Source of the DNA: an archaeon | Lineage (GTDB): Archaea > Nanobdellota > Nanobdellia > Pacearchaeales > GW2011-AR1 | Direction: 5' to 3' | Assembly (NCBI GenBank): GCA_024278335.1 | Contig: JAJRTJ010000002.1 | Coordinates: 17,008-81,007, forward strand | DNA: 64,000 nucleotides | Part shown: positions 21,353 to 31,516 of the stretch, piece after piece | Numbering within the stretch: the stretch's first letter is position 1 | Layout: each line of letters starts with the position of its first letter | The notes under the pieces: model-generated | The model's input: the letters and a program-made list of their open reading frames with translations, nothing else | Told to the model about the DNA's origin: nothing | Databases searched by the model: none | Made by a program: the position numbers and the translations under genes

Positions 21353-22567
21353 TTATTCTTTAAAGAAATAACTTCCTATAAATATTACTATATTTGAAAT
21401 AAAAAGGGCTTTAACAAACTCTGAAAGGTTCTCGTGCATTAAGCTAAATAGAATTATTTCAAATATAACAAAAACAAATAGCCAATAACTTTTTTTCAGT
21501 TTTCCAATGGAAAGTTTATATGTTAAAATAATATTTGTAAGTGCAAGGATTCCAAATGATGCTCCTGTCAAAAACAAGAGTTTTCCAATCCCAGAATATT
21601 TATTTCCATAAAGAATCAATACAATAGCTTCTGGAAAAAGCCAGTAAATAAAAATTCCAATTCCTCCAAGAATAAGTGTTACTAAAAAAGATTTTTTAAA
21701 AATTTCAGAAGAGTCTTTTTTTTGGTCTTTTCTTTCTGAACTAAGAGGAAACATTGCTTTGCTTATTCCTTGTGTTCCCATGTAAATAATTTTTCCAAGA
21801 ATAGAAAGCACGGCATATCTTCCAACAATTGTTGCACTAAAAAACCATTTAGCCAAAATAATATCAATACTTAGGAAAAACATAATTGCAATCATTGTTA
21901 TAAAATAAGGGCTCATTTTTATCTCTTGAAAAACTGCTTTTTTTTCTTTTGCTTCAAAGACATCTTTGCAAAAATATAGAGAAAGCAAAATACCCAAAAA
22001 TACACTAACAATTACGGCATTTACTGCTCCAAAAACACCAAACCCCCAGTTAACTAAAATTAAAGCAAGGATTACTTTTAATATCCCTTCTACTGTCAAA
22101 ATAGCCCCATATTTTCCAAATCTTTTTTTACCTTGTAAGACTCCTCGCGTTATTGGGCCATAAAATCCTGCAAAAATCAGTAAATTTGTAAAAATAAGCA
22201 GCCAATAATCAATCTCTAATTTTTTTGATAAAAAAACTGATCCCCCCAAGAAAACAATGAAAACAATAAAGGCAAAAAAAGTCCCTGTCTTAAAAAAAAC
22301 TTTCATCAAATTTTTTATTTTTCCCTGTTCTTTTTTTATGTTAAATTTTGAAGTGTATCTTGAGGCAAGATATTGAATTGCTTCACTTGGAATTGAATAA
22401 AGATAAATAAAAGACATCAGCGTCATAAGAATTCCGTATTCTGCTGGAGCAAGCATTCTGCCCATTGAAATACTAAAAATAAAATTTAACAAATTAAAGA
22501 GATTCATAGTAATTAATAAAATTAATGTTCCTTTTCCTAATTCACTGCTAAGAAATTTTTTAATCAT
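21353..22567 (-). CDS. Wzx-like flippase (MOP superfamily); second copy in the island
   Basis: 404 aa with about 12 TM helices, in an architecture similar to ORF 852..2408. Confidence 0.5.
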   Translation of the reverse strand: MIKKFLSSELGKGTLILLITMNLFNLLNFIFSISMGRMLAPAEYGILMTLMSFIYLYSIPSEAIQYLASRYTSKFNIKKEQGKIKNLMKVFFKTGTFFAFIVFIVFLGGSVFLSKKLEIDYWLLIFTNLLIFAGFYGPITRGVLQGKKRFGKYGAILTVEGILKVILALILVNWGFGVFGAVNAVIVSVFLGILLSLYFCKDVFEAKEKKAVFQEIKMSPYFITMIAIMFFLSIDIILAKWFFSATIVGRYAVLSILGKIIYMGTQGISKAMFPLSSERKDQKKDSSEIFKKSFLVTLILGGIGIFIYWLFPEAIVLILYGNKYSGIGKLLFLTGASFGILALTNIILTYKLSIGKLKKSYWLFVFVIFEIILFSLMHENLSEFVKALFISNIVIFIGSYFFKE

Positions 22568-22568
22568 T

Positions 22569-23561
22569 TTAAAAAATAGATTTCCTAAATAAAATTAGCC
22601 CTAAACAAATAATTGCTATTTGAAAGAGATTAATCAAATATACAACTTCTTTTTCTGTTGCCTTTCCTTTTATTTTTTTTAATAATTTAATTGCAATGTG
22701 CTCCAAACCATAAACTTTACCATACCTGTTTTCAAGTCCATTTGAAGTCATTTTGCCAAAACTTTGTTTTTTTAATCCCCCTCTTATTTTTAATATTACT
22801 TCAAGAATATAGGGAATAAAAAAGAAAACTGCTATTTTTTCCATATTTCCCAAAATAGAGGCAATTGCAATTAAGATTCCAATACTATATGTTAAAACAT
22901 CTCCTGGAAAAACTTTTGCAGGATAATGATTAAATAAATAAAATGCTATTAATGAAAAAATCATAATTAAAAGGATCAGGGATATCCAAGAATTTCCCGT
23001 TAGCCACGAGACTAATGAGAGTGCAGAGAGAAGGATTATTCCCTGGCTTGCTTCAAGACCATTATATCCTGCAATAAAGTTAAAGGTGGTGGTTGCTCCG
23101 ACAATTCCAATAGGGATAATGACTAAAGGGTAAATTAATCCAAATTCAATCCCAGCCAAAATAGATTCCCCTGCATTAATCACAACAAGAGGAATTGCCG
23201 CAAAAATTAAAAGAAAAATTCTTGTTTTTATTGAAAGTCCTCCCTTTCTCCATCCAAATAAGTCATCAATAAATCCAATTCCCCCTGCAATTAGAACAGA
23301 TGTTAAAAGAGCAAAAATTTCAATTAGATTTGCATTGTTTTTCTGATAAAAAGTTTTAATTGCAATATAGACCAAAACCCCAATAAAAAAAGAAGCAAGA
23401 ACCACGATTCCTCCTGAACCAGCTACTTCTTTTTTGCCCTCTACTTTATTCATATCCTCCCAGACTAAACCGATTTGCTTGGCTTTTTTAATCCATTTTT
23501 CAATACTAAACAAACTAATTAAAAAAGAAAGTATTATTGGGACAAAAAGTATTTTCTCCAT
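22569..23561 (-). CDS. UDP-HexNAc:dolichyl-phosphate phosphosugar transferase (MraY/WecA/GPT family, AglH-like)
   Basis: Polytopic, with the DDxxD motif (IGFIDDLFG) and NFIAGYNGLEASQG. It is immediately upstream of AglB. Confidence 0.65.
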   Translation of the reverse strand: MEKILFVPIILSFLISLFSIEKWIKKAKQIGLVWEDMNKVEGKKEVAGSGGIVVLASFFIGVLVYIAIKTFYQKNNANLIEIFALLTSVLIAGGIGFIDDLFGWRKGGLSIKTRIFLLIFAAIPLVVINAGESILAGIEFGLIYPLVIIPIGIVGATTTFNFIAGYNGLEASQGIILLSALSLVSWLTGNSWISLILLIMIFSLIAFYLFNHYPAKVFPGDVLTYSIGILIAIASILGNMEKIAVFFFIPYILEVILKIRGGLKKQSFGKMTSNGLENRYGKVYGLEHIAIKLLKKIKGKATEKEVVYLINLFQIAIICLGLILFRKSIF

Positions 23562-26288
23562 TTAATATTCTCCTTCTTTTGCTTGTGAAAGTTTTTCTTT
23601 AGGATAATACGTCTGCAAGTAAATATCTTTTGTTTGCATTCCCTTTGGATAATTTATTTTCCAAATTTTAATGGGACCCTGAAATCCTCCATAATAAATA
23701 AACTCTCCAAGTTTTTGCCCTTGTTTTTCTAACATTTCAATAATGTAATTTTTTTGGCTATGCACTAATTTAATATTTTCGCTCTCTTTTCCAAATAAAT
23801 ACCATTGGGCCATATTTCCATTTAAAGTCCTGTTGCTTAAATAAAATGCTGCCCCCTTTCTTTTAATAACAACTTTTCCTCCAGAAACTGCATCAAGCCT
23901 TGGATAAATAAAGATGCCCGCTTCTATGCCCCTACCAAATTTAATTAGCTGGTCATTAATATAAATGTATTTTAATGGAATCCTATATTGTTCTCCTCTA
24001 TATGCAAAAACTGCTTCTGGTTGTTTTATTGCTCCTTTTGAATCTGTTTTTGTTATTACAGCAATAACTCCTGCTGCCTTTTTTGGCAAAAGAATTTTTG
24101 TTCCATCTTCTTTTGTCCAGACAAGGTCTTCATCAAGAGCAAAAGACCCCTGATAGACTTCAAGTGTTTCATTTTGTTTTTCAACGGTTTGTTTTTCATC
24201 TTTGATAAAAGTCATAATCCAAGAAAACCGATCATAATTTTCATCTGAGCCAATACTTGAATAAGCTGTATATTTTCCAATTTCTGTTGAATCAATTAAA
24301 ATATGTGTTGCATTATGAGAATATAAAAAATCCAATGCTTCTTCTTCGCTTCTTCCAGTTAAAACATGTCTTCCCATTAGATAATTCCAATAAGAAATTG
24401 AATTTCCTCCATCCAAGATTGTTGCCCTTTCTCCAATACTCTGCACCCAATATCCATAGTCCCACCAGTGGGCAAAGACTGCTTCTTTTGAAACATTTTC
24501 TCTTACCCAAGCCATTGCATTTTGCCATTGCCATTGATAAGGCCCTAATATAAAATTTCTTGCAGAATTCTCAACTGAAGAATAATATGTTGAAAAAGTA
24601 AATAATCCAGATAAAATCAAAATTATTGCTAAAATTCCTAAGAAAGTTTTGAGGTTTTCCCCTTTTGTCTTTAAGAAGCTTGCACAAGTAATTACAATCA
24701 AGTAGCTTACTGCAATTGGGGCAAAAGCTGCTAAGACCATTATTAATCTAATTCCTCCTCTTGCTCCCATAATTGCCATTGTCAAAAGAACAAAATAAAG
24801 AATAATTCCAAAATCAAAACTCTTAAACACTTCCTCTTCTCCTTCTTTAAATCTTTGATAATAATGATATCCAAAAGTTGCAACAAAAAATAAAGCTCCT
24901 CCAAAATAAACCAATATACTTATCCCATTATTTCCATTAAGAATTCCATTAGGAGAGTATCTGCTAAAAATAAGGCTTGTAAGAAAAACCAAGTATCCTA
25001 GGGTCATAAAAAACTTTTCTTTAAACCTCATTTTTTTAATTAATGAATAAAATAAGACCACTGCTCCAGCAAAAAACATCCAAAAGAATAAAGGAATGTT
25101 CATAACAATTGGTCCAAAAACCCCTTTCCACTCTCCAACAAAAGAAGGTTGTTTATTTTCTGCAATAGTCAAACTCAATCTATTGCTTCCAAGAGGATGA
25201 ACTGTCTGACTGATTACATCTTTTATTTTATCAACAATAAACAAAGGTTCAATGAAGATAGATGAAAGAATTATTCCTAAGATTATTGCAACAATAATAG
25301 AAATAATTCTTTTAGGGATCTTTGTTTTTTTCGTTAAACCGAAAAAGTTATTTTTCCTTAAAATCAAATCAATAATAAAAATGCCCAAAACACCAAAAGC
25401 AATCCCAGTCGATACAGAGACAATTAAATTCAGAGGATTATATCTTGTTGAAAAAGGAGTCATTAATGCAAATGAAAAAATCATCCATAAAGAAAAAATT
25501 CCCACTTCTCTTTTTTCAATTTTATTAAGAATAAATAAAAATAAAAATGCTCCAGAAATTCCAATAAAAACATATCCAAATCCCCCCCAAATCAAAGCCA
25601 AAAGTCCTGTTGTTATTCCAGAAAGTCCTGCAAAAATCCAGCTTTTTTTAATTGTTTTTGCATTATAAGAAGCAATAATAAAATAAAGAGCCATAAAAAT
25701 AAAAAAATATGATGCAGATTCTTTTTCAGGAATTCCTGCAATTGTTCTTGGAAGAAGAGAAGGCATGACAATAAATAATGCAGTTGCAATAATAGCAACA
25801 GAATTTTTAAAAATTGAAGATTTTTTTTCAAATATTTTTCTTGCAAATAAGAAAAATGCAATTATCGCTAATCCAAACATAAATACTGGAAAAATTACTG
25901 CTACATAAGTAAGTGTTGCATTACTATTAAAAAAAGAAACAAGCTGGTAAAACCATGCAATTAAATAAGAAAGAAGTTTCATTTCTCCGGCAGTATTATA
26001 TCCAATAGGAACATATCTCATAACATCTATTTGCATTAATGAACCATGGGCGACAATATACTTCGCCCATCTTAAAAATAAAAAAGGGTCTAAGTCTGGT
26101 CCAAGAGTCCATGTTCCAGTTGTAATATCTTTAAGACCATGCATATTCAATCTTCTTAAAAATGTTCCAAGATAAACAAGAATTGCAAGACAAAGATAAA
26201 ACAGCCATTCTTGTTTTTGTTTGAGATATCTTATAACTTCTTTTTTTCTTTTTTCAAAAATTTCTTTTTCTCCCACTTTAAACACCAA
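23562..26288 (-). CDS. aglB: archaeal oligosaccharyltransferase AglB (STT3 family)
   Basis: 908 aa. The N-terminal half is polytopic with a D-x-D loop (LGPDLDPF), and a WWDYG motif is present (AHWWDYGYWVQSIG). Confidence 0.85.
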   Translation of the reverse strand: MVFKVGEKEIFEKRKKEVIRYLKQKQEWLFYLCLAILVYLGTFLRRLNMHGLKDITTGTWTLGPDLDPFLFLRWAKYIVAHGSLMQIDVMRYVPIGYNTAGEMKLLSYLIAWFYQLVSFFNSNATLTYVAVIFPVFMFGLAIIAFFLFARKIFEKKSSIFKNSVAIIATALFIVMPSLLPRTIAGIPEKESASYFFIFMALYFIIASYNAKTIKKSWIFAGLSGITTGLLALIWGGFGYVFIGISGAFLFLFILNKIEKREVGIFSLWMIFSFALMTPFSTRYNPLNLIVSVSTGIAFGVLGIFIIDLILRKNNFFGLTKKTKIPKRIISIIVAIILGIILSSIFIEPLFIVDKIKDVISQTVHPLGSNRLSLTIAENKQPSFVGEWKGVFGPIVMNIPLFFWMFFAGAVVLFYSLIKKMRFKEKFFMTLGYLVFLTSLIFSRYSPNGILNGNNGISILVYFGGALFFVATFGYHYYQRFKEGEEEVFKSFDFGIILYFVLLTMAIMGARGGIRLIMVLAAFAPIAVSYLIVITCASFLKTKGENLKTFLGILAIILILSGLFTFSTYYSSVENSARNFILGPYQWQWQNAMAWVRENVSKEAVFAHWWDYGYWVQSIGERATILDGGNSISYWNYLMGRHVLTGRSEEEALDFLYSHNATHILIDSTEIGKYTAYSSIGSDENYDRFSWIMTFIKDEKQTVEKQNETLEVYQGSFALDEDLVWTKEDGTKILLPKKAAGVIAVITKTDSKGAIKQPEAVFAYRGEQYRIPLKYIYINDQLIKFGRGIEAGIFIYPRLDAVSGGKVVIKRKGAAFYLSNRTLNGNMAQWYLFGKESENIKLVHSQKNYIIEMLEKQGQKLGEFIYYGGFQGPIKIWKINYPKGMQTKDIYLQTYYPKEKLSQAKEGEY

Positions 26289-26365
26289 TTAATTTTATGA
26301 AAATCCAGACGATATATAAACTTTCTGATAATCTCTTTTTTTAAGGATTTTTCAAGGACTTTGAT

Positions 26366-27238
26366 TTATCCAAACAAAATCGGAGTTAAATAAACTTCTA
26401 AGGCTGCAGCCCCAACAAGAATTAAAATAGAGAGAAATAAAAGAATTATTACATTTCCAACTACTTTTAAAAATTTGGGGTCTCTTATTCCATTTCTTAT
26501 TAATCCAATTCCAAAGATTCCTCCTGCCAAAGCAGTAATAAAGTAGGCAGTAATTTCAGGAAAGCCATGAATCATATATCTTAGAAGCCCTCTTGGAATT
26601 GCTGAAAGTTGATAGTCTGAAAAGATGCTTATTGCAGAAGCAATAACCGTGGCATTCCAAGCAAGAATAAAAATCGCTCCTGCCCCAAAAATTAAAGAAA
26701 AAATTAAAGTAAAAATCATTACTGAAACATTATTCTCTAAAATAGACATAAATCTCATTTCTTTTGTTGTTGCACCAGCAAGATTTAAATTTTCGAATGA
26801 ATATTCTTGAACACAAGATTCAATCTTGCCTGGGCTATTAATCATACAAAAGACCTCTACCTGAGCATTCATTAAATTCGAATCCTTTAAGATGATGTTG
26901 CCTGCAGAAAATGCAAGCAAAAAACCAAGAAATAACCAAAGAAAAGCATATATTGCATCGCTGTGCATTTTCCAAATTTCCAAAAATCCTTCTGCTTGCT
27001 CGTCTTCTTTTTCCTCCTTTTTTATAAGGTAATACATAAAAGGAAGGGAAAACATAACACAAAAAGTAACAACAAGCATCCCAGAATATTTAGAGAGGAC
27101 TGTATCTGAAGAAAAAAATATTTTAACTAAAAAGAGAGATAATGAAGCATAAAGCATTCCAATAAAAATCATCTTCTCGGGGGTTTTATTTTTATATTTT
27201 GGATTAATAAGAACTTCTAACATTTTTTCTTTTCTCAT
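26366..27238 (-). CDS. hypothetical polytopic membrane protein
   Basis: 290 aa with multiple TM helices and no confident family assignment. Confidence 0.35.
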   Translation of the reverse strand: MRKEKMLEVLINPKYKNKTPEKMIFIGMLYASLSLFLVKIFFSSDTVLSKYSGMLVVTFCVMFSLPFMYYLIKKEEKEDEQAEGFLEIWKMHSDAIYAFLWLFLGFLLAFSAGNIILKDSNLMNAQVEVFCMINSPGKIESCVQEYSFENLNLAGATTKEMRFMSILENNVSVMIFTLIFSLIFGAGAIFILAWNATVIASAISIFSDYQLSAIPRGLLRYMIHGFPEITAYFITALAGGIFGIGLIRNGIRDPKFLKVVGNVIILLFLSILILVGAAALEVYLTPILFG

Positions 27239-27288
27239 AATTCTACCGCAAAGTCAATATTTAAATATTCTTCTTTTGTATTTTTATT

Positions 27289-28098
27289 ATGTTTAAATCT
27301 AAAAAAAGACAATTTAATAAGATTCTTAGAGATATTAAATCAATTAAAATTCAGGGAGCAAGAAATATAGCAAAGGCAGCACTAAGATCTTATTCTCTTT
27401 TTCCAACAAAACAATCAAAAAAGATGTTACTCTCTTTAAGACCCACAGAACCAATGCTCCAAAAAGTAATCTCTCTTGCAGGGAATGTTCCAATTTTAGA
27501 AATACAAAACCACTTTGATTTTGCCCAAGAAAAAATAAACAAGCAGGTTTTTAGGCTGATTAAATCTCAAGACATAATTTTTACTCACTGCCATTCAACA
27601 AATGTCGTAAATGCTTTGATTTACGCCAAAAATAAAGGAAAAAAGTTTGAAGTATACAATACAGAAACTCGCCCACTTTATCAAGGAAGAAAAACTTCCA
27701 GAGAGCTAAAAAAAGCAGGAATTCCAGTTACTCAATTTGTAGATTCTGCAGTTAGTGTTGCTTTAAGTGGGGAGCAAGGAATAAAAAAAGTTTCAAAGGT
27801 TTTTCTTGGAGCAGATGCAATTACAAAAAAAGGAATTATTAATAAAATCGGAAGTGAAGTAATTGCTCAAATAGCAAAAAACCAGAAAATTCCAGTTTAT
27901 ATTATTGCAGATTCTTGGAAATTTACAAAAAAGAATCTCTCCTTTGAACAAAGAAAACTAAATGAAGTTTGGAACAATGCACCAAAAAATATTAAGATAA
28001 AAAATCCTGCATTTGAATTTGTTGATAAAAAATATATCAAAGCAATAGTTAGTGAGTTTGGGGTTTTATCCTTTAAGGATCTTTTAAAGAGAGTTTAA
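27289..28098 (+). CDS. eIF-2B alpha/beta/delta family protein (aIF-2B-like; possibly ribose-1,5-bisphosphate isomerase-related)
   Basis: QGARNIAKAAL...THCHSTNV...GADAITKKGIINKIGS, the e2B/MtnA family signature. Confidence 0.5.
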   Translation: MFKSKKRQFNKILRDIKSIKIQGARNIAKAALRSYSLFPTKQSKKMLLSLRPTEPMLQKVISLAGNVPILEIQNHFDFAQEKINKQVFRLIKSQDIIFTHCHSTNVVNALIYAKNKGKKFEVYNTETRPLYQGRKTSRELKKAGIPVTQFVDSAVSVALSGEQGIKKVSKVFLGADAITKKGIINKIGSEVIAQIAKNQKIPVYIIADSWKFTKKNLSFEQRKLNEVWNNAPKNIKIKNPAFEFVDKKYIKAIVSEFGVLSFKDLLKRV

Positions 28099-28529
28099 CA
28101 CATTCTAAAGGAAACTTTTCTTTGTTCCTCTTCAGGAAATTCTTCTCCTTGAAATTCTTTGAGTTGCTCTTCAATCCATTTTAAACACCCCCTGTCTTGA
28201 GAAGCGTCAAATTCAACTCTTAATAACGCAATTTCTCTTCTAATAAGGTCATAAAATCTCTGTCTAGCATTTTGATAAGCTTCTTTTCCAGTAAAAACTT
28301 TAATATCTGGTTTTCTATTACAGGAATCATCTGGAAAATGACTCGTAACCCAAGATTGATAATGGTCTTCCATCTCTAAGTTATCAAGACTTGCACGGTC
28401 TATTCTAAATTCCTCTTCCTTTGAGGAATAATCTCCCCTACTAACATCAAGAGTGCAATATGCTCCATTTTTTTCATCTTCCCAAAGGTCACCTATGGAG
28501 AGGTAGATTGTTCTTTTTTGTTTATTCAC
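28095..28529 (-). CDS. hypothetical acidic protein
   Basis: 144-aa ORF with no motif recognised. Confidence 0.3.
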   Translation of the reverse strand: MNKQKRTIYLSIGDLWEDEKNGAYCTLDVSRGDYSSKEEEFRIDRASLDNLEMEDHYQSWVTSHFPDDSCNRKPDIKVFTGKEAYQNARQRFYDLIRREIALLRVEFDASQDRGCLKWIEEQLKEFQGEEFPEEEQRKVSFRMC

Positions 28530-28773
28530 TCTCTTCCCCCTCCTGTCTAGTAAGATAGTTTAATGTTCCCCCAATCCCATATCCAATAAAAATAGGACAA
28601 CTATACGCAACAAAAGAAGTTATATCTTTAATTGGGATGTTAAATTTTGAATGCAGAATTGCCCCCGCTAAAGATGTTGAAAAAGCCCCTAATCCAAATC
28701 CCCCCAAACCTATCATTAAAGCTTCTTCTAATTTTAATTTTTTTTCTTTATTCATTTTTTTTCTTTTCTCCAA
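28522..28773 (-). CDS. hypothetical small membrane protein
   Basis: 83 aa with a Gly-rich TM segment. Weak call. Confidence 0.25.
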   Translation of the reverse strand: MEKRKKMNKEKKLKLEEALMIGLGGFGLGAFSTSLAGAILHSKFNIPIKDITSFVAYSCPIFIGYGIGGTLNYLTRQEGEESE

Positions 28774-29056
28774 AGGAGTTTACTCCTTAACAAGAATAAC
28801 AGAATACACATATTTAACACCTTTTTTTAAAAAATATTACCTTTGAGTAAAATTTATAAGTAAATTACTCATAATAACAACATAGTAAATGATTGCTTTT
28901 CAAATATAAAATCCCAAATGCTACCCAGAGACCTCATAATATAAAATGAAAATAATTAATATTAAGCAAAAGAGTATTCCTTTAAAAATTTTCTCAAGAT
29001 ACCAGAAGCAAAAAAGATTAATTCAAAAATTAAAAGAGGCCATTTCCCATTATTAA

Positions 29057-30013
29057 ATGAAACTTGATATTAAAGATAAAAGAATACTTCAGCTATTAGA
29101 AGAAAATGCAAGATTGTCAAATTCCCAAATAGCAAGAAAAATAAAACTATCAAAACCCGCAGTAGAATATAGGATTAAAAGACTACAAAAAAACAATCAA
29201 ATTTTCAAATTCTTTACAACAATTAATTTCACAAAATTAGGTTACTCCCAATACAAAATTTATTTTAAATTTCAAAACACCTCTCTTGAAGAAGAAAGGA
29301 AAATTATAAATTATTGGATAAAAGATTTCAATTCTATCTGGGTAGCTCAAATAAGGGGAAGATGGGATTTGGCAGTTTCTGTTTTGGCAACATCAAATTT
29401 TGAATTTGGGAAAACTTTAAATCATTTTATGAACAAATTTTCAAAATTTATTCTAGAAAAAGACATTCTTTTAACAGAATATTCCCCTCTTTACTCTCGC
29501 AGGCATATTGATAATCAAATTCACGAAACTTTCAAATACGGAAAGCCAGAAGAAGTTTACAAGATAGATGAAACAGACCAAAGAATCTTAAAAGCAATTT
29601 CAAACAATTCAAGAATCCAAATCCTTTCTTTATCAGAACAACTCAAGTTGTCAAGAGACATAATAAGTTACCGATTGAAAAAATTACAAAAAGAAAATAT
29701 AATTATTGGTTTTAATCTCTACCCAAACTTAAATGAATTAGGATTAAAACATTATAAAGTAATCCTAAGGACGAAAAACTTTGATGAAGAAAACGAAAAA
29801 CAACTCGGTTTATTTATAACTTCTCACAAAAAAGCAACCCAATTTCTAAAATTAATTGGTTCATGGGATGTTGAGATAGAATTTGAAACAGAAAACGAAG
29901 ACGAACTCTACAAAATACTAAACGAACTTAGAAATAAATTTTCAAATATAATTCGAGATTTTGATATAATCAGAATAGTAAAAACCGAGAAATATGATTA
30001 TTTTCCCTTCTAA
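29057..30013 (+). CDS. transcriptional regulator with two tandem Lrp/AsnC-type HTH modules
   Basis: DKRILQLLEENARLSNSQIARKIKLSKPAVEYRIKRL, and a second copy DQRILKAISNNSRIQILSLSEQLKLSRDIISYRLKKL. Confidence 0.5.
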   Translation: MKLDIKDKRILQLLEENARLSNSQIARKIKLSKPAVEYRIKRLQKNNQIFKFFTTINFTKLGYSQYKIYFKFQNTSLEEERKIINYWIKDFNSIWVAQIRGRWDLAVSVLATSNFEFGKTLNHFMNKFSKFILEKDILLTEYSPLYSRRHIDNQIHETFKYGKPEEVYKIDETDQRILKAISNNSRIQILSLSEQLKLSRDIISYRLKKLQKENIIIGFNLYPNLNELGLKHYKVILRTKNFDEENEKQLGLFITSHKKATQFLKLIGSWDVEIEFETENEDELYKILNELRNKFSNIIRDFDIIRIVKTEKYDYFPF

Positions 30014-30417
30014 CCTTTCTTTTCTTCTTTCTTGCCCTCTTTCAAAATCATTTCTGTAATTTCTTGATTCATTCCCTCAAGAGTTGCATTCAACTCATCT
30101 TGAACTTTTGTTAATTTTGTAAGCTGACCTTCAATTAATTTTTGAGTATCTTTAATATTCTTCTTCACAAAATTCTTGCCCCCAACATCTACAACAAGTT
30201 CTTCAGACAATAGTTTAGCCTTAACAAAAATTCCCCTCCCCATCTGCGCAAGAATTTCTTTGCCTTCTTTTCCTTCAAGTTCTCCAAGTCCTTGACTAAG
30301 AGAGGTCAAATCCATAATTGCTTGTTCAACAGCCTGCATCTGTTGTTGAATTCCCTGAATTTGCTGCTCAAACATTGCAAATTTTTGCATAACTTCTGGG
30401 TTATTTTCTATTGCCAT
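30010..30417 (-). CDS. pfdA: prefoldin alpha subunit
   Basis: 135 aa coiled-coil protein whose central hairpin region GRGIFVKAKLLSEELVVDVGGKNFVKK is typical of PfdA. Confidence 0.6.
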   Translation of the reverse strand: MAIENNPEVMQKFAMFEQQIQGIQQQMQAVEQAIMDLTSLSQGLGELEGKEGKEILAQMGRGIFVKAKLLSEELVVDVGGKNFVKKNIKDTQKLIEGQLTKLTKVQDELNATLEGMNQEITEMILKEGKKEEKKG

Positions 30418-30429
30418 ATATTTAACTGT

Positions 30430-30990
30430 TCAAGCAACTTTTAAAGCTTTCCTTAGGATACTTGAGAAAATCATTACAAAAATAAGATAAAACCAAAACC
30501 AGGTCATAAATCCGAAAAATTTTGGATTGCCAATTGTTTCAAAAAAATCCATGAACCACCTAAACAAAAGGATAAATGGAATAATTGTAAACATTGAACC
30601 TCTCATGCTTAATTCCATAATTTTCATTGTTGTAGGCATAAGGCTTTTTTGAATTTCCAGCATTTTTTGAGGGTCTTGCTTGTATTTATTCATCTCCTTC
30701 TGAATTTCTTTTTGGTCTTGTTTAAGCTCCTTCAGAGTTTCTTGGTCTGTTGCATATTTTTGAGCAAGAGTTGTCAGCAAAGCCATTATAAAAACAACAA
30801 CAAGCATTCCTAAAGTTAAATTCCATTGAATCATTGCACCAAAAGTTGGATCAAGAATTGCATGGACAAAATTTTTAACAATTAAAAGAGAGTCCCATAA
30901 AAAAGCAATGCTCAAAGAGATAACCATAAAAATAGACATTATTAAGAAAACTTTATTCAAACTTCCTTCTTTACTCATATCTTGTTCCAT
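30430..30990 (-). CDS. DUF106-family membrane protein (archaeal YidC/Oxa1/EMC3-like insertase homologue)
   Basis: 186 aa with 3 TM helices and a central coiled-coil KELKQDQKEIQKEMNKY. It is adjacent to secY, as is common in archaea. Confidence 0.5.
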   Translation of the reverse strand: MEQDMSKEGSLNKVFLIMSIFMVISLSIAFLWDSLLIVKNFVHAILDPTFGAMIQWNLTLGMLVVVFIMALLTTLAQKYATDQETLKELKQDQKEIQKEMNKYKQDPQKMLEIQKSLMPTTMKIMELSMRGSMFTIIPFILLFRWFMDFFETIGNPKFFGFMTWFWFYLIFVMIFSSILRKALKVA

Positions 30991-31014
30991 TTAACTTATT
31001 GCCTTTGTTTGCTT

Positions 31015-31500
31015 TTAATTCTTTTCTTTGACTATTAATTCCACTTCAATATCTCCTGAACGGATTATCCCAGAAAAATAATATTCCCAAAATTTTGGAG
31101 CTTGATTTACAAACCATTCAAGGGGTTTTTGGATTTTGTATGGGAAAGTTATTTTGCATTTTATATTTTTAAAAAAAGGCTTTAAGTCTTCATTTTGAAA
31201 GCAATACCATGAAAAAGGTCTTTTATGCTGTAAATCTGCCCATGCATTACCGCTTGCAAAATGAGGAACCTTTAGGATTATTTTCGCCCCTGGCTTGCAG
31301 ATTCTATGCCATTCAAGCAATATGTCATAAGGGTTTTCTAAATGTTCAAGAATATTTAGAGCAAGAATTTCTGTTACAGAATTTTCTTTAAAAGGATAAG
31401 GGATTTTTGAAAGATTTATTCTTTTATCAGCATCTTCATACCAGTCAATATTCAAATAACCATTGCGCTTGTCTTTTCCGCATCCTAAATTAAGTTTCAT
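31015..31500 (-). CDS. SAM-dependent methyltransferase-like protein
   Basis: LNLGCGKDKRNGYLNIDW...LEHLENP resembles Methyltransf_11/23. Confidence 0.45.
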   Translation of the reverse strand: MKLNLGCGKDKRNGYLNIDWYEDADKRINLSKIPYPFKENSVTEILALNILEHLENPYDILLEWHRICKPGAKIILKVPHFASGNAWADLQHKRPFSWYCFQNEDLKPFFKNIKCKITFPYKIQKPLEWFVNQAPKFWEYYFSGIIRSGDIEVELIVKEKN

Positions 31501-31516
31501 TAATCTTGCCTCGTTT

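Noticed and set aside
28781-28797. Small palindrome AAGGAGTTTACTCCTT upstream of ORF 28522..28773 and the Lrp-like regulator.
   Set aside because: The 7-bp arms are too short to distinguish from chance in AT-rich intergenic DNA, and there is no recurrence elsewhere in the window.
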